A program made the translations under genes and the position numbers. Positions 25,950 to 37,618 of a DNA stretch of 64,000 nucleotides are shown one piece after another. Numbering within the stretch: position 1 is the stretch's first letter; the number at the start of each line of letters is the position of its first letter. Source of the DNA: Octopus sinensis (lineage: Eukaryota); assembly GCF_006345805.1 (NCBI RefSeq), contig NC_043013.1, positions 11,160,001 through 11,224,000 of the forward strand. Direction: 5' to 3'. The notes beneath the pieces are model-generated. The model saw only the letters and a list, made by a program, of their open reading frames with translations. It made no database searches and was not told the DNA's origin.

Positions 25950-26720
25950 TAGCAGTTACTAAAAAACACGCCTCAAATACACTGGTAAAAAAATATGGTG
26001 AGAAAAATATATACTTAGAAAATATAAGCACTTTGAAAAATAGACTCGTAGTTAAATTACACTTAGAAAAACTATACTCTTGGAAAAATACTGTTAGAAA
26101 AATATGCATTGTGAAATAAGCATTTAGAAAATATATTTACTTTGAAAATTGACTAAATGTAAGTGTATATATTTTCTAAATAAACATTTAGAATGACCAA
26201 TACACTTAGGAAATAAACTTAGAAAAAATGTGTCTAGAGAAATATATACTTGGAAAAATATGCACTATGAAAATATACACTGTAAATAGAAGTAATTACA
26301 TAAAAAAATAAATTTAAAATAACACTTTAAAAAATAAATCTTTAGAAAAATATAAATTAAGAAATATAACAGAAAATAAATACATTTAGAAAAATAGATT
26401 CCTAGAAAAAATACAGTTAAATAATCTTTCTTGCAAAATTTACACTCTTTGTAAAATATACATGAAAACAATTTTCTCCGAAAAAATACACATTTGAAAA
26501 GCATGCAAGATTAGAAGAAAATATACACAGAGAAAATATATACACAGAAAAAGTATATATTTAAAAGAATATATACTTTGAAGTTGTGCAATGTGATAGT
26601 AAAAATACACTTGGATTAAACTTGAAGAAAATATACATTTCAAAAAATTAAGCATACAGTAAAAAAAAAAACCCCAGAAAAAAAGGAGAAAATCCCTTAT
26701 AGAATTTAGACACACACAAA
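25950..26720. repeat. Decayed A-rich minisatellite (TAGAAAAATATACAC-like)
   Basis: Recurrent agaaaaatatac/actt units. Confidence 0.65.
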
Positions 26721-27144
26721 AATAAAAAATACCCCAGAAAACTAGACAAATATAGCTAGAAATGAAGAAAAAAAGTTTTTCTGCCATGTCTCTGATTTTA
26801 AAGAATTTCTTGGTAACAGTGGCAAAAGCATTGTGGGACTAAAGTTGAAATAAAGATGAAGACGCTTATGTCTGGAAAGTTAAAAAGAAAAAAAAGGAAA
26901 CGGTTATTTCCTGTATTTGATTTGAAGAAGTAAAAAGTACGAGAATTAATCAAGAAAACGAAACTCGTGTGAAGTAAAAACATACTATTAAACTAAAAGA
27001 AAGAAATTAGAGGGAAAAACAAACATGGGAACCGAGAGAAATAAACATAAGCCTTCACCGAAAGTAAAAACGAATTCCAGGATTTACAATAGTTAATATA
27101 TCCATCACTCCCAGGAAATTATTTACCTATCGTGAAGTGGAAGA

Positions 27145-27189
27145 TCATCATCGTCATCATCATCATCATCATCATCTTCATCGTCGTCG

Positions 27190-27232
<43 letters not shown>

Positions 27233-27295
27233 TAGACAATACAAAGAGCGTGCGCTCTTCGTATTGTGTATTTACCATTGCGTCAATCCTTTTAA

Positions 27296-27353
<58 letters not shown>

Positions 27354-27379
27354 TATTATTATTATTATTATCATTATTA

Positions 27380-27419
<40 letters not shown>

Positions 27420-27435
27420 TTTATTTTTATCATCA

Positions 27436-27472
<37 letters not shown>

Positions 27473-27527
27473 CATTATCATCATCATTATTATTATATTA
27501 TATTATTATTATTATTATTATTATTAT

Positions 27528-27569
<42 letters not shown>

Positions 27570-27580
27570 AGTAGTAGTAG
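27145..27580. repeat. (CAT)n, (TAT)n and (TAG)n microsatellites
   Basis: Direct reading. Confidence 0.95.
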
Positions 27581-27980
27581 TACTCATATTATTATTCCGA
27601 AGCTATTACATGCTGATATAATTAGCAGGGATGATGTCTTGAAGTTTGGTGACAACAACTCTCCTTAAATCTCAAATATGTTTTTTTTAGGATTCTTGCA
27701 AAACACTGAATTGCAACTTTTTTGCGGGTCTCAGTTCCAATATATTTCTGTCTCATAAACAGCGGTCTGGGTATTATGCCAAGTGTATCATTTACCACGG
27801 GAATAAAATGTTTAGTCTTGCATAATCTCTTCATCTCTCTAAATTTCAGTTGAGAAGTATCAATCCTGATATTGTTTTTTTCATTTTTTTTTAGTCTCCA
27901 CTCTGTTTATTATATGATGTTGCAAAGTCTATGATCTTACATACACCGTTTGTTTCTTTTCTCATCTATAATAATATCTA

Positions 27981-28212
27981 AGGTGGCGAGCTGGTAGAAA
28001 CGTTAGCACGCCGGGCGAAATTCGTAGCTGCATTTCGTCTGTCGTTGCGTTCCGAGTTCAAATTCCGCCGAGGTTGACTTTGCCTTTCATCCTTTCGGGG
28101 TCGATAAATTAAGTACCAGTTACGCACTGGGGTCGATGTAATTGACTTAATCCCTTTGTCTGTCCTTGTTTGTTCCCTCTGTATTTAGCCCCTTGTGGGT
28201 AGTAAAGAAATA
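27981..28212 (+). mobile_element. Full-length SINE family A (tail 1)
   Basis: aggtggcgagctgg..gagttcaaattccgccgaggttgac..gtgggtagtaaagaaata. Confidence 0.92.
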
Positions 28213-28229
28213 TATAATAATATCTGATC

Positions 28230-28730
28230 CTTTTGCTTCAACAAAGCAGTCAGGCTTCATGGAGAAATCCCATAAAATCCCCCTAATTCTTACTCTTGTG
28301 ACAGCCTCTGGTTTAAATTCGTAACACTTTTCTGTTACTTGGACGCTGCACACTCGGCTAACATCCCCATACAATCTCTTACTTTCACAATAACGCCTGC
28401 GCTTATCCTACTTTCGTGCTAGCTAACTGCATTTACTCAATAAATGAATAATACTTTCGTCTCCTTTTCTGCAGATTTTGCGTTTAGTCTCTGACTGTGT
28501 TTTATCGGTCTTCGTCTTTATCAGATTCGTCGTAATGACGTTCTATAGCAACTATAATTAAGTGCTTCAGTTCAGGTTTTCGTCTTTTAGCCATAGCCGG
28601 CGTGCTTTACTTCCAACAGCCTCCGTTTGTTGCTTGACTTGGTTGGGTATTTCCGTTTCTTTCCATCTTCTTGCTCTGTGTGTTTCCTTCTGTTCTCGGA
28701 TTTCACTGTTCCAGTAACTTTTCGGACATC
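28230..28730 (-). pseudogene. Possible decayed L1/Tx1-type ORF1 fragment
   Basis: Minus-strand pieces YG-MLAECA, AVTRVRIRGI and RRLWLKDE loosely parallel the ORF1 at 38163-39397; many stops. Confidence 0.35.
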
Positions 28731-28734
28731 CCTA

Positions 28735-28922
28735 GCCAGGCGAAATGTTTAGCGGTATTTCGTCTGTCTTTACATTCTGAGTTCAAATTCCGCCGAGGTC
28801 GACTTTGCCTTTCATCCTTTCCAGGTCGATAAATTAAGCACCAGTTGCGTACTGGAGTCGATCGAATCGACTGGTCTCCCACCCCCAAAATTTCAGGCCT
28901 CGTGCCTAGAGTAGAAAAGAAT
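28735..28922 (+). mobile_element. SINE family A (tail 2)
   Basis: Core plus tail ccccaaaatttcaggcctcgtgcctagagtagaaaagaa. Confidence 0.88.
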
Positions 28923-29493
28923 ATTCCAATAAGTGTGTACCTATGTATCTCCCACCAAACGAATAATAAATACAACAACGACAACCAAATAACTACAAAA
29001 CTCTAGCAACAAAAACCTGACAATGAAATTAAAAAGATATAAATAAACCTATGAATAATCGATAAAGGAAATGAGCAATATTTGTAGAAACCGATTTTAT
29101 AAATATCTAATTGATATGTATATTTAATTAATTTTATGATTTTGAAATAAATACGGATATTTAAACAAAAGAATCCTAAAAGTAAATAAATAATAACATA
29201 TATAAAAATATATTGTTAATTTATTAGATATAAAGAAAGATAGGTACACAGAATGAATCAATGGATGAAGGAAGGAAGGAAAAACGAAAGAAGGAATGAA
29301 TGAAATGAAAATATCAAAAGGGGAAGGTGCTACGTGTTAAAATATTTATTTCATTCATAAAGTATTTTCTTACATTTCTCATTATTAACTGATGTATTGG
29401 AAGTATTAAAAAAATATTTGTTGGGAAAATGTACGCATGTGCGTTTTTATGTGTGTGTGCGCGTGTATACATGCATACCTATCTATCTATTTT

Positions 29494-29591
<98 letters not shown>

Positions 29592-29651
29592 ACTCAATCT
29601 ATATATATATATACATATATAAACACACTATACACTAAACAATTTCACATC

Positions 29652-29682
<31 letters not shown>

Positions 29683-29772
29683 ATTAATGTATATGTGCGA
29701 GTGTTTCTTTGATGTGACGACGTGTTTGTGTGTGCAAAATTATCGTGATTCTGAAGGATCAAGAAAAATTTC

Positions 29773-30215
29773 GCAGGTGTGTTTGCTTCCCAACCGCATA
29801 GTAATGGGTTCTGTCCCACTGCATGGTACCTCGGGAGTATGTTTTATACCATAGCCTCGGGCCGACCAAAGCCTTGTGAAAGACGCCCGTCGCTTACATA
29901 CATACATACATATATGCATACATACATACATACATACATACATACATACATACATACATACATACATGCATACATGCATACATATATACATACATACATA
30001 CATAGTTATTAGTGTGGGTGTATTTGTGTTTGTGTTTGTCCTGTCATCGCGTGGCAACCGGCGTTCGTTTGTTTACGCCCCTGTATCCAAGCGGTTCAGC
30101 CAAAGACACCGATATGAATTAGTGCCAAACTTAAAAACAAAAGTACTGAGAACGATTTTTTGGGCTAAATTCTTCAAACCGTTTCCTAGCATGGCTGCAT
30201 TCCAATAAATGAAGG
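29773..30215 (+). mobile_element. SINE family B with internal (TACA)n
   Basis: Head, body and 3' half recognisable. Confidence 0.82.
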
Positions 30216-30417
30216 AAAATTCTTTCATTATATATTGATTATTGTCCTCATTTACCAACGCCGATTACATTTGTAGAGACATATATGCCAAGACATACAT
30301 CAAGCATGCATACCTGCATGTATAAACGTATATGTATAGCCATACGTGACATACATATATATCAACATTGATGAAATTATATATATATATATATATTATA
30401 TATATATATATATATAT

Positions 30418-30822
30418 GGCGCAGGAGTGGCTGTGTGGTAAGTAGCTTTCTAACCAGCCACATGGTTCTGGGTTCAGTCCCATTGCGTGGCATCTTGGGC
30501 AAATGTCTTCTGCTATAGCCTCGGGTCGACCAATGCCTTGTGAGTGGATTTGGTAGAAACTGAAAGAAGCCTGTCGTATATATGTATATATATATATGTG
30601 TATGTATACGTTTGTGTGTCTGTGTTTGTCCCTCTAGCATTGACAACCGATGCTGGTGTGTTTACGTCCCCGTCACTTAGCGGTTCGGCAAAAGAGACCG
30701 ATAGAATAAGTACTGGGCTTACAAAGAATAAGTCCCGGGGTCGATTTGCTCAACTAAAGGCGGTGCTCCAGCATGGCCGCAGTCAAATGACTGAAACAAG
30801 CAAAAGAGAGAGTAAGAGAGAA
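30418..30822 (+). mobile_element. Full-length SINE family B
   Basis: ggcgcaggagtggctgtgtggtaag..gactgaaacaagcaaaagag. Confidence 0.93.
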
Positions 30823-30907
30823 TATATAATATATATATAATATTATATATATAATTTCAGGCCGTGTGCCCATAGCAGAAAGGATTCTTCTTCTTCTTCT
30901 TCTTCTT

Positions 30908-30938
<31 letters not shown>

Positions 30939-31497
30939 TTATTATTATTTTATTATTATTATTATTATTATTATTATATTATTATTATTATTATATTATT
31001 ATTATTATATTATTATTATCATCATCATTATTGGTGAGCTGGCAGAATTGTAAGCACACCAGGCAAAAATGCATGTACAAACACACATGTATTTGTTTAC
31101 ATAAGAATGTACACATGCAAAAACATGCACACATACTTTAAAGCAGCAAAAGCGCATGGGTGTTCACATGTACTTTTATCGAATGTCTGTCGTTCTAATT
31201 TAAAACAGATTTTTCATTGAATTTAACCATACATGCCCAGTTGCACACATAGAGGGAGAGCGGCAGGGAGAGAGAGAGACGGAGAAAGAGAAGGGTGGAG
31301 AGAGAAAGAGAAAAACTGGAGAAAATATGGGTGTGTATTTCTGTGGTATGTGAGTGTGTGTGTGTGTGTGTGTGTATCTGTCTAAGATAGAAAGGGAAAA
31401 AATAATGAGAGAAGGAAATATTAAAAGACTAGAGTTAGAAAGAGGGACACAGGATGACGAGAGAGAGAGAGAGAGAGACAGAGAGAGAGACAGAGAC

Positions 31498-31532
<35 letters not shown>

Positions 31533-31753
31533 GTTTGATTCAAAGCGGGGTGAGAGAGAAAAACAGGAAGGTGTAGGTTTGTGTGTGACAGAAATGGTTG
31601 AATATACCTCCTAGAACAGAATTAACATATAAATACTAACACACACACACATACGTATGTGCATTAACACATATATTTTATGCGCATTCAGCATATGCAT
31701 TAGTACTAAGTAATATGCATGCATAGATACATGCATATCTATATCTATATCTA

Positions 31754-31807
<54 letters not shown>

Positions 31808-31816
31808 CCTACCTAC

Positions 31817-31881
<65 letters not shown>

Positions 31882-31890
31882 AAATCTCTA

Positions 31891-31946
<56 letters not shown>

Positions 31947-31951
31947 CTTAT

Positions 31952-31987
<36 letters not shown>

Positions 31988-31991
31988 ATAT

Positions 31992-32200
31992 ACTCTTTTA
32001 CTCTTTTACTTGTTTCAGTCATTTGACTGCGGCCATGCTGAAGCACCGCCTTTAATCGAGCAAATCGACCCCAGCCTTATTCTTTTGTAAGCCCAGTACT
32101 TATTTTATCGGTCTCTTTTGCCGAACCGCTAGTAACGGGGACATAAACACAACCAGCATCGGTTGTCAAACAATGCTAGGGATACAAACACAGACACACA
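31992..32200 (-). mobile_element. SINE family B, 3' half
   Basis: ctcttttactcttttacttgtttcagtcatttgactgcggccatgc. Confidence 0.88.
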
Positions 32201-32281
32201 AGCATATATATATATATATATATACATACATACATACGGAGATACAAGAAAAATAATAATTAATGCACACACGCATATTTG

Positions 32282-32381
32282 NNNNNNNNNNNNNNNNNNN
32301 NNNNNNNNNNNNNNNNNNNNNNNNNNNNNNNNNNNNNNNNNNNNNNNNNNNNNNNNNNNNNNNNNNNNNNNNNNNNNNNNN
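32282..32381. other. Assembly gap (100 N)
   Basis: Direct reading. Confidence 1.
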
Positions 32382-32439
32382 AGTGTGTGTTGTGTGTGTG
32401 TGTATTTGTGTGCGTGTACTTATATGTATGTACTTGTGT

Positions 32440-32645
32440 GTCCGTATTTGTCTCTCCACCATCGCTTGACAACCGATGTTGGTGTGTTTACGTCTCCGCA
32501 ACTTAGCCGGCTCCGCAAAAGAAAACGATAGAATAGGTACTAGGTTTACAAAAAATAAGTCCTGAGGTTGATTTGTTCGAGTAAAGGCAGTGCTCCAGCA
32601 TGGCCGCAGTCAGACGTCTAAAACAAGCAAATGTAAAAGAAAAAA
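32440..32645 (+). mobile_element. SINE family B, 3' half
   Basis: cttgacaaccgatgttggtgtgtttacg..ctccagcatggccgcagtc. Confidence 0.85.
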
Positions 32646-32699
32646 GAAAGGAAAGATTATCGGACGTCCGGAAGGATCTGCTTACCAGACTGTCATCTA

Positions 32700-32771
<72 letters not shown>

Positions 32772-32772
32772 G

Positions 32773-32831
<59 letters not shown>

Positions 32832-32832
32832 G

Positions 32833-32863
<31 letters not shown>

Positions 32864-32868
32864 ATCTG
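32700..32868. repeat. (TATC)n microsatellite
   Basis: Direct reading; similar tracts at 3690-3800, 29480-29590, 31740-31945 and 49405-49480. Confidence 0.95.
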
Positions 32869-33787
32869 CCTAGGTACCCACATACACATATATCTACATA
32901 TATATATATATGTAGGTAAAAGTATGTGAGTGTGTGTATATATATGTGTATATATATATGCATATATATGAGTGTGTATGTATATAAAGTTCAAATTCAG
33001 TTAAATGAAATGAAGAAAATGGAGTTGATATAATAATTTATGCATAAGTATGTGTGTGTGTGTATGCGTATTTATATATATATATATATATATTTATTTA
33101 TGGCTGTGTGTGTGTGTGTGTGTGTATCCAATAAAATTAAACGCGTGTAAGCGAGAGTAAATGCATAACTCGTTGAATCCCTAAAATATTTGTGACTTTC
33201 TTTAATTTTTGAATGCGAACAGAAAAATAAGATGGAAATATATCGATCATGTATTCAACCAAGACGTTAATTAGATTCGAACTCTTCACCTGGACACTCA
33301 CCGTAGAGATTATTGTCGTATGTCTAAAAGCACCTTCACGTGGAAAGTGTAAGATTTAATTAAGAAAACGATAGGTAGCGCCTTTCAGTTTTCGTAAAAG
33401 TACGAAGTTTGTGCGTGCAAGCCCTACACTAACGCTCAGATTCCTGTCTGTGTGTGTGTGAATGCCTATGTTTAAGTGTGTGTAAAGGTGTCCATGTCTC
33501 TCTCACGCCCACTATCTTTGTACAAACATTTATACAAACACACATGCATGCATACAAAGACACACGCATAAATACACATACACACACACATATATGCGTA
33601 TATATATATACATCTATATATATATATGTGTGTGTGTGTGTATACATGTATATTTAAATATATTATGCTTCTGTATATAAGCATAGAAATACTTCACTAT
33701 ATACATACATGTACTATACAATTCATACATGTACTATCATTTCAGACATCTATATATATGCATTTAGAAATGTGTTTGAGTATATTA

Positions 33788-33822
<35 letters not shown>

Positions 33823-33876
33823 GGTCCATCTGCCGTTTCCTTTTTCACTTATATATATATATATAGTATAATATAT

Positions 33877-33917
<41 letters not shown>

Positions 33918-33986
33918 GTCTATCTATCTATCTATCTATATACATAAAAAAATCTTGCACCACAAATATATAAACGTATATATATA

Positions 33987-34031
<45 letters not shown>

Positions 34032-34677
34032 CTATATATATATATTATATGGTTTGCAGGTCCTACTCTCAACACAAACATATAGACCCGTGTATTGAAA
34101 TGTGTTATTAAAGGGACTCAAGTTTTACAGCATCACATATTTTTTATATTCAAGCAATTTTCTACTTTCGATATAAGTCAAACGTACATAGAAGACAAAA
34201 ACAAAATGCTACGGACGCCATACATGTACGCATGCCTATACACATGTATATATATTCTCTTGCGTTTATATAGCCGTAATTGTTTCCGAAAGTTGCTTAC
34301 ACTACCTCACACTCAAACACATACATGCAAAAGCTGATATACGCTTACTTATATATATAAAGATATCAAATTCAAGCTGTAACTTCTACGCGTATCTTAG
34401 TTTAGTGTGTGTGTGTGTGTGTGTGTATTTGTGTGTAAATAAATTTGCATGCTTGCATAATTATGTGTATATATATTTGAATATAAGCATACATAGCAAC
34501 ATATATATATATATATACATATAGACTGCAAGGTGGCTGCTGCACTTATGTGTAAATACATATATGTAATATATATATATACACACACATTTGCACACAC
34601 ACACACAGAGCTCTGTATGTTGGTATATATATGATACTTCTCTACATTTCTCTCTCTCTCTCTATCACGCTCCCTCT

Positions 34678-34722
<45 letters not shown>

Positions 34723-35404
34723 TATATATATGTATGTACGTATATATATGTATGTGTATATATATGTATGTATATATATATATGTATGTATATATATGTG
34801 CGTGTGTTCATGTCTACCTGTTTGTATAGAAAATATATATATTCTTTCATTATACATATATATGAAGTATTCTGTTCCCGGACTAGTTCTGTAGCGCGCC
34901 AACAGATGTCAGCATACGGTAATTTGCACAGTGAGAGCTAGTAGTGACCTTCACGAGGCAGAGTGACGAACGATATCGCTGTATTTACTTCACATGTAAA
35001 TTTTGTGGTTTTGGGGATCACGTGTATGCTGTTGTCGGCGATTTCAACAGGGACAGGAAGCTGGAACAAGGAACTAATGGGTCATTCGGCGTTAAACTTG
35101 GAATGTCTGCTACAGAGACATTGTGTATAGTTTGGCAAGCTTACAGCGACGAGGCAGTGGGTCGTACGCAATGCTTGGAGTGACCCGGGCACCGCAAAAA
35201 CGGAAGAATTGCCCTGGAAGACGATGAGCCCCTGGCACGTGCTTCACCCCTGGGTATGTGAAGAAAATTCATCAGTTGTGCATGAGGATCGTCAGATATC
35301 AATCTATCGACATTACTGATACAGTTCTATATTTAAGAATGAGTACATTCTGCTATGTACATTATTTACATTTGACGGATATTTGTCCTCAACGTGTTTG
35401 TTGT

Positions 35405-35452
35405 TAACACAACGTTTCGGCTGATATACTCTCCAGCCTTCATCAGATGTCT
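35405..35452 (-). ncRNA. Minimal type I hammerhead ribozyme motif
   Basis: GACAT-CTGATGA-a-GGCTG..CAGCC-GAAAC-GTT-GTGTT: stem I, stem II and a palindromic AACGTT stem III. Confidence 0.7.
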
Positions 35453-35660
35453 CATTCCTAAGGTGTTTTTCGATGTTATCATCATTATTATTATTATTCA
35501 GGTCACTGCCGGTAATCGAACTAGGAATCTTGGGGTTTGTTGCCCGCGCTCTTAACCCCAAGATTCCGAGTTCGATTCCAGGCAGTGAGTTGAATAACAA
35601 CAACAACAACAACATTGAAAAATAACTTGGGAATGGTAACTCAAGTTCCAAATTTCCTCA

Positions 35661-35706
35661 AGACACCTGATGAAGCTGGAAGGTATATCAACAGAAACGT
35701 TGTGTT
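35661..35706 (+). ncRNA. Minimal type I hammerhead ribozyme motif (decayed stem II)
   Basis: GACAC-CTGATGA(35667-73)..GAAAC(35694-98)-GTT-GTGTT. Confidence 0.6.
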
Positions 35707-37064
35707 AACAACAAACAAGATGAGGACAAATATCCGTCAAATGTAAATAATGTAAATAATGAACATTACTGATGTTGGTCTGTGCAGTTGAATTTAACAT
35801 GCAGCGTGTCTCTGTCGTGTTTGTACCCCGCTTGCTGACCACTGAGCAGAAAGAAAATTGCATCAAATCCTGTCAAGATCTCTGTCAGCGTGTCGGCTGT
35901 TGACTCATCCTTCATATCGAAGACCATCACCGTTGACGAGAATCGGGTCTACACATACGACCCTAAGGCGAAGTAACTGTCGTCACAATGGAAGAGCTCT
36001 TAATGGGCACAAGGAGTCTCAGCGCAATGAAGTACATGGTCATCGGTTTCTCTTTTTTTACATCCGTGCTATTGTGCATCGAGAATTTGGCCCCCAGGTC
36101 CGGGGTGCCAATCGAGAGTTCTACTATTTTGAAGCGTTTGACGGAGGACAGTGAGCTAAAGTGAAGCGCGAAGAATTGGCTTATTCAAAGAGCTCTCCTC
36201 ACTCGCTAGTTTCTCGCCGAAAACAACTTGATGTCGCTTCTGCACTGGCTCTATTCGCCACTTTAAGCACCTGCAGACTTTCATCTCATACCCAAGACGA
36301 AAATGCACATCAAAGGTCGCCATTTTAACACCGTTGTCAAAATCCAGACTGAATCGTACAAGTTTCTTGATTCACCTACGGAAAACGACTTTCCGGTCGG
36401 ATTCCAAAAATGGCAGGAATTCCGGGACCGGTGTATTGCGGGGCAAGGCAATTTCTTTGAAGGAGATGATGTTAAAATTTGAGTAAATAACTTATTGTTT
36501 ATAAAACGTAACTAGTCCGGGAGCATTTTCATACCACCTGGTATATGTATATGCATGTATATATATAAGAGCATGTCTATATATATGTGTGTGTATGTGT
36601 GTGTAAGTATGTATATATAAATATTTATACTTACACACACATACACATACACAAACGCATACACACACACACACAAGCCTACATTCCAGGTTTAGTTGAA
36701 GGGAAACTTACGTTATTCTACTTGTGAGACCACGCGAGATCCCAACGCCTCTTGACTAATATATGCCTGGACACCTTTGCTGGAAACTCTATAAGTTAGG
36801 TTTTCACTGTAATAGCGCGATTGAATATCTACTTTCAGAATTCAATTCGTTCATGAGCTGGAGTAAATGATTACTGAGATTTTGGAACATCAAAGACCCC
36901 AAATCAAGTGGTCCAGCTGAGGCTCATCTGGCCTTGAATATAGGTATACATACATACGTATGTATATATGCATGTATGTATGTATGTATGTATGTATGTA
37001 TGTATGTATGTATGTATGTACGTACGTATGTATGTTTGTATAATTAAACATATATTCTATTTCT

Positions 37065-37286
37065 TTTTTCAGCCATTTGACTGCGGCCATGCTGGATCAC
37101 CACCTTTAGTCGAACAAATCGAGCCCAAGACGTATTCTTTGTAAGCCTAGTACTCATTCTGTCGTTCCCTTCTACCGAACTGCTATGTGACGAGGACGTA
37201 AACACATCAACATCGGTCGTCAGGCGATGGTGTGAGTACAAACACAGACACAAATAAAAACACACACCACACACAGACTCACACTT

Positions 37287-37344
<58 letters not shown>

Positions 37345-37618
37345 CGACGGCCCTCTTTCAGTTTGTTAAGATCCAGAGCGAATCACCGAAGTTTCTTGAT
37401 ACGCTTACTTCGCTTACGGAAAACGACTTCCAGGTCGGATTCCAAAAGTGGCAGGAATTTTGGGTCCGCAGTATTACGGCGTAAGGTGACTATTTCTTCT
37501 ACCAAATCCTTTCACAAGGCTTTGATCGGCCCGAGGCTACAGTAGAAGACACTTGTCCAAGGTGCAACGCAGTAGGACTGAACCCGCCGGTACCATGTGG
37601 TTGGCATGCAAACTTCTT
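37065..37618 (-). mobile_element. SINE family B, main part (5' head resumes at 40037-40066)
   Basis: The sequence across the two halves restores aaacttctt-accacacagc.cctcctgc.cct; it also carries a mariner fragment. Confidence 0.88.
37357..37495 (+). mobile_element. Internal mariner transposase fragment inside a SINE
   Basis: Similar to 36340-36465 (acggaaaacgactt..gtcggattccaaaa.tggcaggaatt); no TIR. Confidence 0.8.

Larger units (their letters stand above)
35321..35762. mobile_element. Foldback element with two head-to-head tRNA-head + hammerhead units (Penelope-like, non-autonomous)
   Basis: Inverted arms; 11-bp TSD ACATTACTGAT (35310-20, 35763-73); B-box GAGTTCGATTCC; hammerhead cores in both arms. 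Confidence 0.8.
34863..36541 (+). mobile_element. Decayed full-length mariner, split by the insertion at 35321-35762
   Basis: TIR core TCCCGGACTAGTT at both ends with TA flanks. Translation gives KLGMSATETL..QAYSDEA, FVPRLLT, TITVDENRVYTYDP and YSP..APADFHL. About 1.23 kb once the insert is removed. Confidence 0.88.
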
